Source of the DNA: Octopus vulgaris
Taxonomy: Eukaryota
Length of the DNA: 64,000 nucleotides
Reading direction: 5' to 3'
Assembly: GCA_951406725.2 (NCBI GenBank)
Contig: OX597821.1
Coordinates: 105,896,001-105,960,000, forward strand
Shown here: positions 25,537-40,071 of the stretch, piece by piece
Numbering within the stretch: the first letter of the stretch is position 1
Layout: each line of letters opens with the position of its first letter
Program-made: the position numbers and the translations under genes
The notes under the pieces: generated by a model
What the model saw: only the letters and a program-made list of their open reading frames with translations
What the model was told of the DNA's origin: nothing
The model's database searches: none

Positions 25537-25763
25537 AGGCGGTGAGCTGGCAGAATCCTTAGCACGCCGGGCGAAATGCGTAGCTGTATTTCGTCTGCCG
25601 TTATGTTCTGAGTTCAAATTCCACTGAGGTCGACTTTGTCTTTCATCCTTTCGGGGTCGATAAATAACGTACCAGTTTCGCACTGGGTCGATGTAATCGA
25701 ATTAATCCCTTTGTCTGTCCTTGTTTGTTCCCCTCTGTGTTTAGCCTGTTATGGGCAATCAAG
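25537..25763 (+). mobile_element. SINE family B monomer with 23-bp TSD, followed by an older family B copy (to about 25950)
   Basis: aaatatatatatatggac(g/a)tgca occurs at 25514-25536 and 25764-25786. Confidence 0.88.
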
Positions 25764-27267
25764 AAATATATATATATGGACATGCATGCTTAGTGGTATT
25801 TCGTCTGTCAATTACATTCTCAGTTAAAATCCCGCCGATGTTCATTTTGCCTTTCATCCTTTCAACATCTTCCGGGTGAGCACTGGGGTCGATGAAATCG
25901 ACTTAGTCCACTTTCTAAAATTGCTAGCCTTCTGTCAAAATTTGAAATCAATATATTTGGAGGTGCTGCCGTTTATAATCGTCACGTTTAGAAACTGGCT
26001 GATGTAATCCTGTCACGATATTGCATTCAACAAATAAGAGTATCGTTGTTGTTATTCATTTAAATGAACTACGATCAAATAGATTTCTGCGATTTCCTAC
26101 CGGTAACTCACTACTAGAGATCCCGAATGTAATATGAATTGAAATATCCATGAATAAACATCTTCGCTCCAGTTTCTTGTCCTGGGATAGAGAACACGAG
26201 GAAATAACGGCCATCTATATTTACGGGCTAAATGTCTGAATAACATGCGCAGTATTATGTAAGTTACAAGATTTAATTCTGCGCTATGTGTAATACGATG
26301 GCAAAAATCTTTGTTCATCTAAGCTTTAGCGAACAGGAACCAGATCTGAGACAAAGCGTTGTTAGAAATACCAGATGCATAGAATGTGTTCGTTACTCTA
26401 GAACCACTTGCTAATAGTGGAGGATGTTCGATGCATCATATATTAGTTTCGATTCGGATATTGTATGAGCTGATAATCGAATGAGGTGAGGGCTGATATC
26501 TACGAGCATGAGTTAGATATTGGAGAGGGTAGAGCAAATGTCCCGAAATTAGTTAGTGAAAAGAGGAAAGGAGAAAACTGTATGAATTTCAAACACTAAG
26601 ATTTGTATAGCGAAGGCCTACACAGAAACGAAAAGAATATTAAAAGCAAAAAAAGAACAACACTGCAAAGAATACGAAACAGCAAAATTGACAAGGCAAT
26701 AAAAATAAAATAACATAAACACAATAACATAAAACCAAAAACTAGAACAACTCCACAACTGCAGTAATGTAGGACACGATGTCACCATCCGAATATAAAA
26801 CTCTTATGTATGTCTTAATTGTTAATTATCAGAAGCCTTCTTCATAATAAGGCACCGACGTATCTCACTTTATATTAACTCCAATATCACCGAACTACAT
26901 CCATCACGATTAAACCAAATACTTTGTCTCAGTAATTTGTTTAACGAGATTTCGGACCTACATCTCATGGCTAGGATATTGCCTGCCTCACACTGTCGTC
27001 ATGTCAATGACGGTGGCCACTCCGACATCGATAGTATGACATTTTAGCTGTGATCTGTCGTGTGTCATACATGTCACCATCCACTCAAAGCTGCTGTCTT
27101 TGTAACTATCTTTCAGACATATATTGGTATGCTGCTATTGTTATTGTTATTACATAATCATCATGAACATCATCACAACTATCGTCGTCGTCGTCATCGC
27201 CGCTTTGAGTATTTTATTCATACGTGAAAAGCATTTCTGTCAGCTTTTCTACATTATTTTCAAATGT

Positions 27268-27590
27268 GAAGGCGCGTGGCTTAGTGGTTAGGGCATTCGG
27301 TTCGCGATGGTAAGGTCGTGAGCTCAATTCTTGACGACGCGTTGTGTCCTTAAGCAAGTCACTTTATTTCACGTTGTTCCAGTCTACTCAGCTGGCAAAA
27401 ATGAGGTGTACCTCTATTTCAAAGAGACAGCCTTGTCACACTCTGCATCACGCCAAATCTCCCTGAGAACTGCGTTAGGGGTACACGTGTCTGTAGATTG
27501 CTCAGTCACTTGCACGTTAATTTCACGAGCAAGCTGTTCCGTTGATAGTATCAGCTGTGACTCTCGTCGTCGTAACAGACGGAGTGCTCC
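27268..27590 (+). mobile_element. tRNA-derived SINE with CORE-like block
   Basis: A box tggcttagtggttagg, degenerate B box, and ttgtgtccttaagcaagtcacttt. Confidence 0.8.
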
Positions 27591-28178
27591 TATACCTATT
27601 TTCAAATGTTCCTGAAGGAAATTACTTTCATTTAGTGTTTCATTCTATCCAAAGAACAGTACTAGACACTTTTATCATATCTATCAATCTTACAATCTAA
27701 GAGAAATTTTTGGCTTTCCTTTGGAATGTAGTTGTTATGTCACTTCTGGTTACGTATACTCTCCTAAAAGAAAGTAACTTCTGAAAATCAAAACGAGCAA
27801 AATTAAATGTATTAATATATCTAATATAGCTAAGTATATTCATTAAATATATCAATTGACACGCAGAGATATGCCAGGAAAATTTTCCGAAAAAGGAGAA
27901 GGTAAACAAACAACAGATTTAGAAACACCAAAGCCACGAATATATATGGAAGTCGTTCGCCGGAGAAGAAAACAAACAACATTTGTTTACGGTTGAAAAT
28001 GTCATGATACCCAAATTCCCAAATATGTTATATATGGTACAGAGGAATTTAAATCTTTGCCGTGTCTGTCCAGATGTGAATCTCCGGATACGCACTCTCA
28101 AAAAGTCACGCATGGCGAGGGAAGTGACGTACATGTGATGTGCCAAGGCACGACGCATTGTTTTCGTTTCACTCCGGC

Positions 28179-28233
<55 letters not shown>

Positions 28234-29594
28234 TGAAATCTTTCTTCACAGGTGCTGTGCATGTATCATTAAAAATATAATCGTTAAAAACGGGTACGGG
28301 GCAAAATCCCTACCCCAGATTTTACATGACACAACAGGCCTTTTGCAGCCTTAGCTTTTATTTAGGAAAGAAGAATATTTCATGGTGTCACCTTCAGATA
28401 TATTGGTTGTGATGTAGACATATGGCTAGAAGACACTTTGTAGTAAAATCGGGAACGTGTTCATTATGGAAGTAGCTTTTCGTGATATATGGACATTCGA
28501 TATTACTGTTTATACATTTCCTCGTCATATCTCCAATTTCTCAAAGCAATACGAGTATCGTCTCGTGTGAAATCTGAATTAAAGGTCTTCCAACTCACTA
28601 ACCAAACCAGAAAAACAACCCGGTGCACATTCGACTGCCTATAAAACCTAGAGGAACAAAAAGCAGATACCACAAGAATTTCACAGGTCCATGATTCTAA
28701 AATGTACCACGCAGACTTCTAAATTTTCAGAAAGGAAATGTTTGTCTCCATAGTTATGTGTTAATATTTGTAGAACCACTTCTCATAGTGTAAAAAAAAA
28801 TGGAGACTATAACAAATTTAACTAGCAGCAGAAAATAAGATATCATAAATCCCCATATATACCCGCCAAAACAGCAGCATAATATCATAAATATATGAAG
28901 GGAAAATGACCTGAAATGATAATTATCCGAAGGACTTGACCCCGAAAAATGTAAAATAATCCGAAAGAAGCTATGAAAAAAAGCAATACATATTTTTTGA
29001 CGTCTAATTTCAGAAACTTAAAAGTAAATTAAGATATTTACATTTCTAAAGTATGCTAAATAGTTTAGACAAATTTCCAAGGATTTTACTGTATTTATAC
29101 ATACGTATACAACTATTCGTATATATGTACGATCCTATACACACACATAAACACGTAGTCAGGCACTCACACATAAACACACAAATATAGATACACATGT
29201 AATATTATTTTATATTATATTATATCAAATTATATTTAATATATTATATTTCTTTTATTGGCTTTATTTCAAATTCTAAAAAAATGTACTTTTGTAAACT
29301 TCGTAAAAATGCGTTAAATTTGGCATTTACACAAATGTTTGCAACGTCTGAAATCAATATTAAAAACTTTAAATAAAAATGCTACGTTTTCTTTAACACT
29401 CCAAAGATACTTCTCTAAATAATGTTTATATGTCTTAAGTGGGGCATTGAAAATTGGAATACTTTTATCTATCCATATATCTGGTGTTCATATGTGCATA
29501 AATATCCTGGATCTCTAAAGTATGTAATAAACACACAAGAAAACCCCTCCCACACACAATTCTATGTATGTATGTATGTATGTATGTATGTATG

Positions 29595-29666
<72 letters not shown>

Positions 29667-29699
29667 ACCTTGGGCAATAATGTCATGCAAAAAATACAA

Positions 29700-30466
29700 G
29701 TGATTCTCTTCTTTTGCTTTCTTTTTCTGGTTCATAGGATTATGCTCAAGGGGGATCCGTCACTCACATGTACCATCCTTGTTAGATTCACCCATCTTTT
29801 TTTTAATCATTCACTAGACAAAACTCCCCTCTCTACTCTCATCTTCCTCTTCAAGTGATACTCGAAGTTGATGAGAGATTGACCAGAGAGAAAGGTGTTT
29901 GTCTCTAGACCTTTCAGACGCGTCCACCATACACATTCTTTCGCCATAGTCATAAGTACGATGAAAATGGCTCTTCTTTTCCGTTTCAAGGAAGGAGGCG
30001 TGGTAATATTCACGATATACTCGGTTGATCAACCGACTCGTCCCGCACGCAATAGCAGTCGTTCGACATAGGCCCATAGGTCGGAAATGTTTGGACGCTG
30101 CACAAGTACGTGCAGGACCGTTTCGTCACTCTGTCCGCATCTCGGGCAGGTCGGTCCCTTGTTTCTCGAGCCATGCCTATAGAGCTTATCCCTAACGGGT
30201 AGCGCTTCTCGGTAGCACCGCCAGGCCAGGGATCTCTGGAAGTTGTTCGTAGGTCCTAGCTCGAAAGTTGTCCTGAACAGGCAGGTCAGGTATTCTTCGT
30301 TGACGCCCAGGTTTGCCCCGAGCTCGTCATCGTATCTCCCCTCCACTAATCCGCTATAGAATGCTTTGACTGTATTGAAGTCGCTCAAGGTCAACCCGGG
30401 ACGGCATAGTTGCTTGAGAGCTACGCGACACTCGCAGTGCCATTCGCCCTTCCTCGGCCTCTTTTT
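29700..30466 (-). mobile_element. L1/Tx1-like LINE 3' fragment (zinc-binding region C-terminal to RT)
   Basis: LAWRCYREALPVRDKL...CPRCGQSDETVLHVL...LWAYV, then MAKECVWWTR in a shifted frame. Confidence 0.8.
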
Positions 30467-30505
30467 GATAGATATATAGATAGATAGATGGATAGATAGC
30501 CACAT

Positions 30506-30550
<45 letters not shown>

Positions 30551-30580
30551 TATAGATAACTAAAGAGATACACAGATTAG

Positions 30581-30646
<66 letters not shown>

Positions 30647-30650
<4 letters not shown>

Positions 30651-31348
30651 CCGCGCGATTAAACGAACATACGAACACATAAAATATTTTCTTCCGCCTG
30701 ACGGATTTTTCAGCAGTGACCAGTGCGTAGCGCTTTTTACCAACTTGCGGCCGCGCACATATAGAACAGTTCACACACACATGTTTCTAAGTAGATTTTG
30801 ACTCGCCCCATATAATACACCTAATATTCTTTAACTAGTCAGAACCTTAGTCTCGGTCACAAAGAACATCTACGCACCCCGTGCTCTCACCCACCGGAAT
30901 GACCGCTGCCTGACCTGTTAAAATCTTCAACGCACCCACCACCCGATTTCAACATACAAGATAAACAGTTTGGCCATGGGCTCTTAGGAGCCTCGTTCGA
31001 TTTGTTTTGCTGCGCCTCTGTTCTGTTTTTGTTTTTGCCAACGGAATTCCTATTTCTTCCTGAAGAGAAAGACACAATACGGTCTCCTTATTCAATCGGA
31101 ATTTGGTAAATTGTGGCTTTCGAAACACGTGTAGAATGCAATAAAACAATTTCTGTTCAATCTTCGCTCAACTCCATTTCTTCAATTCACTACTAATATT
31201 AAAATTCAATTATCCGCACCAACGCACGGTTGCAACACCATATGGTTGTACCTCCAACCGTGCTGTCTTCTGCTGTGATTTTTGCTACCAAGGTATCGGT
31301 TAAACTTTTGATTAATCTGCAACAAGATTATTCATCTTTCTATTTCAC

Positions 31349-31351
<3 letters not shown>
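30647..31351 (+). mobile_element. (TA)n-flanked Penelope-like terminal region
   Basis: Contains an intact-core hammerhead; the 3' 200 bp is homologous to 50131-50335. Confidence 0.65.
31057..31136 (+). ncRNA. type I hammerhead ribozyme with extended stem II
   Basis: TTC-CTGAAGA-GAAAGACACAAT..31 nt..ATTGTGGCTTTC-GAAA-CACGTG-TA-GAA. Stem II pairs 11 of 12, stem III is palindromic, the triplet is GUA, and stem I is only 3 bp. Confidence 0.75.
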
Positions 31352-31411
<60 letters not shown>

Positions 31412-32827
31412 TCATATTTATATATATATATACACTCATATATATATATATATATATATATACATGCATCTGTACACATGTATACATTTTCATATAGATA
31501 TATGCATACATTTAGTTACTTATGTGCGTATAAAAATGTGGATACCTTCCAAATATAGATGCACATATGTTTCTGTGTGTTTATGAATACGTATATAATA
31601 GAGTAATAATATAAAATAATATCATATTTATAAAATCCCAGCCTTGTTCTTATATCTCACAAAAGATATACAATTACCTTATACACATTTAAAAATGCAA
31701 TTATATGGTGACAACAATACCATGGAAACGTTTACTTTTTTCAATTTGTAAACTATCGATTGTTAAAATGGTGGAAAAAAAGCAATAAAAGAAAAAAGGC
31801 GTTTTTTTGCGACATAAAACAAGGACGTAATATTGACCTTCACGACTCGGACAATGAAACCGGGGTCATTGTCCTACTTACGACAAAATGAAAATAGGGG
31901 TAAATCTATTCTAATAAAATGTAGGTAAACATTACAACACAATATATGTGGATGCCTTTGAGTGAATATCCTGGTTGTTCGTGCAAATCAATATATCCTT
32001 CGATATGTATCCAACTGATATATTCTATTCTCTGAGGTTTAATTTGTTTGCCTGTTTTATTTCGATTTATACAGAATGTTCATACAAGTTTGAGTAGATA
32101 TCCTGTCTAAATGCGAATGTTGATATATTCTACATTTTCTAATTCATTTAAGAACATATTCACGATTATGAAATTTCAGAATCCACTCTATGATTTATCC
32201 TGAATGCTGTGATACCTTTTCATAATGAAACCGTAATGTCTAGTTACAAATGCATTCTGTGGTTTAGTTTAACCAACCAAAGACAAAGCGAATAAATACA
32301 ATAATTTCAAGAGTTTAGATTCGTATTGCAATATATTAAAGGTAAACAGAGATCTTTTCTATATATGTTATAACTCCACGTCGTATGGTTTTATTAAATG
32401 CTATTTATCTGTATAGTATAAAAAATGTTTTACTTTAAAATGATCACGAGGAACACATTTAACTCTTGCAGTCATATGGACCTGGTATTTTAATAATCAA
32501 ACAATAATAAAATAGATATAATAACAATGTCAAAATGAATGACATATAAATCTGCAGAACTTTATTGCCTTCAAGTTTCATATCAAATACATGCATTGTT
32601 AAGGTGATTTAAAAGAAATAAGAACGGGGAGAAAACAAATTGTAACAATGTTGTATACATTCATAAATAAATGTATATATATATATATATCATGTTGAGG
32701 CACTGTTCGTTCCTCTTGTGTATTTGTTTTCTCTCTCTCTCTCTCTCTCTCTCTCTGATGAAGCTCCATGTACTAGATCGGATGTGCTATAAAGGTATTT
32801 TCTATATTTAATATTTTATATTTTATT

Positions 32828-32950
32828 TAGTTTCAGCTCACAAGCTGTGGCCATGCTGGGTCACCGCCATTAACTTGGCCATGGTGCCAAGCAGTGGTAC
32901 TGAACTTGGAGCCATCTGGTTGGGAAGCAAGCTTCTTACCACACAGACAT
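32828..32950 (-). mobile_element. short chimera: SINE A head joined to a CR1-like LINE 3' tail
   Basis: Minus strand reads ...cttggcaccatggccaagt | taatggcggtgacccagcatggccacagcttgtgagctgaaacta. Confidence 0.65.
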
Positions 32951-33438
32951 GAATATTATTCTCATAATTTTCCTTGCTGACACCGAAATGATATGGACAA
33001 CAGAAGTGGCTGTACGCAATGTTCAAGCTTTGTATTAAAAAATATTTTTACGATGGTACTCAATTTGTTTGTTGATCAAAACTTTTCTTCATTTTCTGTT
33101 CATTACATATATATATATATATATATATATAAGAGATACCTACATGCTTGAAGTAGCAGTCAAAATGTGACTCAACAACCACATCAAGTATTCAGTAAAG
33201 TACAGATGAAAAGACAAATAGACAAATAAAATCAGTAAAAATTGTATAATTCCAGACCCTGGGGTTCTGGCTCTGTTTCAAGCATGGTGGTATCTCTTAG
33301 ATAATCTTATGTGTAATTTGAATAATTATTATATGCCATAAGGGTTTTTTCTTCCTATATTGATCGCTATTTTAAATAATGATCTTATACTTATGTATAT
33401 AGAAGCTGATATATATATGTGTGTGTGTGTTTGTGTGT

Positions 33439-33480
<42 letters not shown>

Positions 33481-34018
33481 ATGTGTGTGTATGTGTAGTT
33501 GTAAAGATAGAGAGCAGGAGGATATTTGGGGGTACTCGTGTACATCGGTATGTTTATATTATACATCTTAGCTTTAGAAAGTTGATAGGTTATGAAAGTA
33601 CAATTCGGAAATCAATGTAAACACGAGTCAGTTTCGACTATTCAACTTTAGCTTTAATATGCCTAAAAGATAGGCATCATATTAATATCATTTAATTTAT
33701 TAATGGTTTCCTAATTAGGCACATTATTTGATGCATAATTTTGAATGCGTGCATCTCACCTAATTATCTCTGAGATTTAAAGATACATGGAATATTCAAA
33801 AGCTAGTTCCCTTTTATGTGTAGGAGTGAGTTTAAATATTTAAGAACCATCTTCGCATCCTTGGCGCATCGGTGCTTCACCTCCAGCAAATCAGTGTGTC
33901 ATCAATTATTTACTCTTCTTAAATAAACAAATTTTTGATACTAAATAATACTTGAAACAGTGAACGTCAATGTGAACGGTCCTTGTATACCTCAGTCAAT
34001 AATCTGTATTCGGAAATG

Positions 34019-34092
<74 letters not shown>

Positions 34093-35682
34093 TTTATACA
34101 TACATATATATTGGTTTTGTGAAGTATAATATCCTTCCACTCTATATTGAACTAATACCAAATTGCTTTGCATTACTTGTTCCATTTCACACATTTCAAA
34201 TTCGGCCCATGTGATGTATATCAGGGATCGGTAAAATAAATACCTGTCGAGTACTGCGCTCGATGGTATCGAGTTATCTTTCTCCTCCAAAAACTGGCTT
34301 TGTGCCTTACTTGGAATCCATTGTAGCGTTTCATATATCTGCAGAAGGCAATACGCTTTCTTCAGCAAAATGAAAATTAAATTCCAATAAGACCAACATT
34401 AATGAACGAACAATCTCCCAAATCAGATTCAAATTTGGCAAAAGGGACGTGGCAATATCGAATCCAGTGCTTAACTGGTAATTATTTTTTCGATTCCAGA
34501 AAGAGAAATTTGGTGGAATTTGAACTTAGTGTCTAATGATGAAGTGCCTGTAAGGAATTTTTCCGGCGTGCTAAGAATTCTACCAGCCGACAGCCTCAAT
34601 ATCAACAACATCACCATTTCAAGTATTAATTTGGACCTTTTGTGTGCTTCATTTTTAAAATGCAATATATAAAACTGTAAAATGAAGTTTCGATCATTAT
34701 CGCTCATTCTTGAAAAAAAAATTCCAACGTTTGGCATTAATATACAAACGGTTCATTATTCCACATCGGATATACTCCTAACGCAATTATGTGGTCAACA
34801 CAATGTTTCACAATGTATTAATGACGAAAAACCAAAATCACCCTAATCGAATCTGGTATTAGGTTGATATGTTATTTATTGCCCGAGGAATAACGAAAAG
34901 CAAATTTGATAACTCTGAGGTCCTATTCTGAGCACAACTAACCCGAGTGCATACTGCACACTAACTTTACAAACATTCTGAAGGCTGCACAAATTTTTAG
35001 CATCAAGGCATATTGTATTATCAGTATTTAGAAACCATTTAATTAGATTAGGTGTAAAAATTGAGAAACATTTTTAGTTATTTCTCAAGAAACTAAAGTT
35101 AAGGTAATTTGTAAAGTTTTCCATTCATAAAACACTATAAATAATGGGAACAGAAATATATCAACGGTTAAAAGCACAAATATCAACAATAAACTAAGAT
35201 TAATGAACATTTGGGGAACTTTGACCCTGTTCAGTTAGATATATTTAGATAACAATCTCGATAATGGTAAACAGAGGAAGACAATAAATTTCTTCTAGAC
35301 CCAGCGGGTTTGTAACAACTTTTTTAAAAAAGGAAGAAGTAACACGAATAAAATCATAAGCATCGGAAGAAAATCTGAATAATATATTTCAACACAACTC
35401 TCTAAATTTTTGTAAATTTGAATGAAGTGAATTTTAAATATGGCGTCAATGATTGTTACTAAACAAAAGGTTTAGGCTACTTTTAATGAAAGTGTGAAAG
35501 ACTTCTTTGTGAGTAAAATAGGTTTTTATAGCTTCTACAACTGAGCATCAAACAGTTGCTTCCAGAAACATGACAGGTTCCTAATTTCAAGGTCGAATTT
35601 CAAATTCTGTTATATCGTTACAGTATTATCTTTTGTTACAAATATATGTAAATACAAGTGCGAATTACAAGATATATAGATT

Positions 35683-35691
35683 GAGAGATAG

Positions 35692-35722
<31 letters not shown>

Positions 35723-35760
35723 GATAGATGGATAGATAGATAGATAGATAGCTAGCTAGC

Positions 35761-35807
<47 letters not shown>

Positions 35808-35843
35808 AGAGAGAGAGAAAAAGATAGATAGATAGATAGACAA

Positions 35844-35897
<54 letters not shown>

Positions 35898-35929
35898 TGT
35901 TTGATTGATTGATTGATTGATTGATTGAA

Positions 35930-35960
<31 letters not shown>

Positions 35961-36105
35961 TTGATTGATCGATTCATCGATCGATCGATTGATTGATTGA
36001 TTGATTGATCGATTGATAGATAGACAGGCAGACGAACGGATGGTCAGACTGACAGGCGGTCAGACGGACTGGGGGATGGATGGATCAATGGGTGAACGGA
36101 TGGAT
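35683..36105. repeat. compound tetranucleotide array (GATA, GATT, GATC, GACA/GACG, GATG)
   Basis: Directly visible. Confidence 0.92.
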
Positions 36106-36839
36106 GTTTAAGAGTGGCCATGTAATTTCGTTATATATTTTTTGCACAACCTTCACAAAAAATCAGGATAAATTCTCATTTTGTTACGGTGATATGTAAA
36201 TAGTCAATACGCATTCTTAGATTTTCCACATTCACATGGCTTATATTTCTAAAATATTTATATCATATAACGCATCAAAGTGTGCTAGTTCTGAGAACGT
36301 ATTTCAAATTATATAGGAAAATATCACTCTGAATGTTAGAGCTAAATCTCTGAATATTTCTGCGTATTCCCTCGCATATATTGTTATATGATATTTTTGC
36401 TTCATTCGATCAAACATTATGGCATTTCATCACTTTACAGAATGACACATCGGAATACACAACTATATTTTTCAGGAGTATTCAGCAATTACAATTGTTT
36501 GTTAATGTTCGTATCCAGTCAAAATATCTGAATTTGAGGACCAGGTAATTGCCTTTTCCATCCATTTCCGTGTAAAACATTTAATCTATATGTTTTAGGG
36601 GTTCCATTTAGTGAACCCGTCTCTATTTGCAATTAGAACTTTTGCTGATGTCGGACATATTGTGCGATTTCATACTTAAAGATTTCTGTTTCACTTCGAA
36701 AATTGGTCTTTATTAGAACGAAGGTTTAGTGATAGCTGAAATGACTGCTCTCTCTTTGCTCACATATGTGATAGCCACCTCATATGTATGATAAGCACCC
36801 GGGAATTTTCAGACGATCATCGAAAAATTCAATAATTCG

Positions 36840-36905
36840 AATGATGGTGTGAAGCTTCTGCGCCATTAAGCAATCTTGTTTTACTCCATTTATCAAAACT
36901 ATCTT
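36840..36905 (-). pseudogene. RTE-like reverse transcriptase remnant
   Basis: VLINGVKQDCLMAQKL resembles the RTE RT motif NGVKQGCVLAPTL. Confidence 0.4.
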
Positions 36906-38469
36906 GTACATTTCAAAGCGTGTGTCTGTATCCATCCATTCCTCTGCCTGTCTATGTATATATACATGTATGTATGTATGTATGTATGTATGTATGTATG
37001 TATGTATGTATGTATGTATGTTTGCATATATGTATTTTACTATCAATCCATTTATAGATACATGCGTGTATGTGAGTGTGTGTGTTTGTGCGTGTAGTAG
37101 ATGTGCATTCATACATATATGTAATATGTACATACATATATATATGGAGATATGTGGTTATATATACATGCACATATTGACATTTTTATACATTTATGTA
37201 TTTGTTCCTTTCGCTGGTCTTCACTCTCCCACGCGGTTTTATATACACAAACAAACACACATATATACATATACTTATATATGAACATACACTTATGTAT
37301 ATGGACATACGTATCATTTCCATATATATGTGTGCGTGTGTGTATGTTTATGCAAGTGTGTAAGCGTGGATGTTCGCTGGTGTATATATCTGGGCGTCAA
37401 TTATAAACTTAGTTGCTGTTCCCGGCAATGAAGTGTGTCACAGAATTTCCTATGATCAGTAGTCGAAACACATAAATCTCAATGGACCAGTTAAAATTGT
37501 TGAAAGTGTGAACTACGATAAGATAGCTCTCATCACTTTAGTAGGTAAAGAAGTATAAACAAAACGACAATAACGGTATCCTTCAATTACCACTTTTAAA
37601 AATCATCTTTGTCAAAGGAGATTTTTACGACCGATAATTCCAGCATAAAAGTAAATTTTAGACATTATCAATCTTAAAAATCTCATTGTAAAAAGTAGAC
37701 TTTGCTACTGAAGACGAAATTCCAAAGGTAATCACATGTGTATATAACAAAATATATAGTATAAAACTTGATATAGCAATGCTTGTTTCGCCGATTAATG
37801 TTTAAGGTATAAGACGTATGAAATAACCGATTGCAAAATAGTATGTAGCTGGCTGGACATTTTCAAAGAAGCAAAATCTTGGGGTAGATTATTTTAAATC
37901 AGTATGCGGCCATGTTTGAGACAAGACCGCACTTTCGAATTACAAATCATATGACTTTCACGAGCTTCGAACGACTTCTACGCAATGCTCTTTCAAGGAC
38001 ATCGGTCGACCTAAAGGAACGATAAAAAAACATATAACATGGTGACCAAAAATGAGATCACACAAATCAGAAGCGTTCCACTTAAACAAGCGAAAATTCC
38101 ATGCTTTTCGTATCGACAGGGTCAGTTCTGACATTTATTTAATGCAATATATATGTGTAAGCTAGCAAGTGTAAGTACTATATCAGTAAATATATCCAAC
38201 AAAAATCCCTCCACACACACACACACACACACACACGAACCTCTATTATTTTAATTATATTTTTTATCCTTCTCTTGTTATGCTTTACTACAAAATGTCC
38301 TTGCGACGAAATATCCGCACAGTGCATTGTCTTACGACGAATAGTCCTACGGCGAATTGATCTACATCTAGCCCTGTATCACTCAATTCTTATTCCCACC
38401 ATTGGAGCTTACTTTTACTTCCTTTGATTTTACTATATCCCCTTTTATTTTACAATCTAAATATGTGCT

Positions 38470-38580
38470 AGTTATCAACCCTTCGAGTTATCAACCCTTC
38501 GAGTTATCAACCCTTCGAGTTATCAACCCTTCGAGTTATCAACCCTTCGAGTTATCAACCCTTCGAGTTATCAACCCTTC
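38470..38580. repeat. perfect 16-bp minisatellite (AGTTATCAACCCTTCG), about 6.9 copies
   Basis: Identical units with no spacers. Confidence 0.97.
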
Positions 38581-39229
38581 TCCATCAGTCATTCTCTGAC
38601 TAGCAACTCTGAGACATATCCTCAGACATATCCAACTCTGAACATAACGCGAAATATGTTGTCCTAGTAAAATACGGGTCAAGGAGGTTGTATGGCATTA
38701 ATTAATTCATCACCATCAACTGGAACGTAGATGACAACTCCCAGGAGATATAATTATAAATATTTGTAGACTATATTCTGCATAAAATCTTTAAAATAAT
38801 ATTAGTTATAAATAACTATTTCATCACTCCTGTATCTTGATACCCCACTATCTTCCTTTGATACACTCTAAATCAGAGCAAGCTTAGCATGTTACATATT
38901 TTTTATTCTCTAAATCCATTCTACTACAAATATAATAAAAGAAACAATGTATTATTATGGTTTCTAGTACTGATATAAATTTTGCTAAAAATGATTTATC
39001 CTTTATGTAGGAAATGTATACGGTCACCCGGATCAGAGGAGAGCGGTTCGTTTTAAATTGATGTAATCGATTAAATGGAGCCGCTTGAAACAGCCGTAAT
39101 GCACTGATACATGGACATCCTTGTTACTTATTTGCTTTTTATTCACCTGACTTAGCACTGCGCGGATGAACCGAACGGGCTTCGTGCTTCAATTTAAGAA
39201 CATATTTCAACTGAATCTTAATTATATTT

Positions 39230-39311
<82 letters not shown>

Positions 39312-39315
39312 CATG

Positions 39316-39367
<52 letters not shown>

Positions 39368-39404
39368 CATACATATACATATATCTGTTCAGTTATCCGG
39401 CCAT

Positions 39405-39446
<42 letters not shown>

Positions 39447-39705
39447 TACACACGTATATATACGCACAAACAAAAATGCGAGAAGAAAATATATATTGCA
39501 TCTTTTAGGTATTCTTCCATGTCCGTTTTTACAGATTAGGTTAAACTATTATCGCGTGCACTATATCTATGCAAATATTCTTCGCTCTGTGTTACTGACA
39601 TGTAAGTACGTGATTGCATAAAGTTATACAAATATACATAACTGTACTCACCATCTCACCGTCTGACACACACCCATACGTTTGTGTGCGTCTTTGTGTA
39701 TATGC

Positions 39706-39738
<33 letters not shown>

Positions 39739-39743
39739 CACAC

Positions 39744-39841
<98 letters not shown>

Positions 39842-39991
39842 CATACATATATATGGGGCGAGGATGATGGAGGTATGCTGGATTGTTTGTATGGCTGTTA
39901 TTGTATGTGTGGAATAGTTCTATAACACATCCATTTGGCTTATATGTATGTATAGAAAATACATATAGATACATATACGTATACACACACG

Positions 39992-40071
<80 letters not shown>

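Noticed and set aside
31849-31874. 9-bp hairpin GGACAATGA/TCATTGTCC
   Set aside because: Isolated, and of a length expected by chance in 64 kb.
32755-32790. CTGATGA after a (CT)n run
   Set aside because: No stem II or GAAA follows.
38470-38580. CRISPR-like array
   Set aside because: Units are contiguous with no spacers, there are no cas genes, and the context is eukaryotic.
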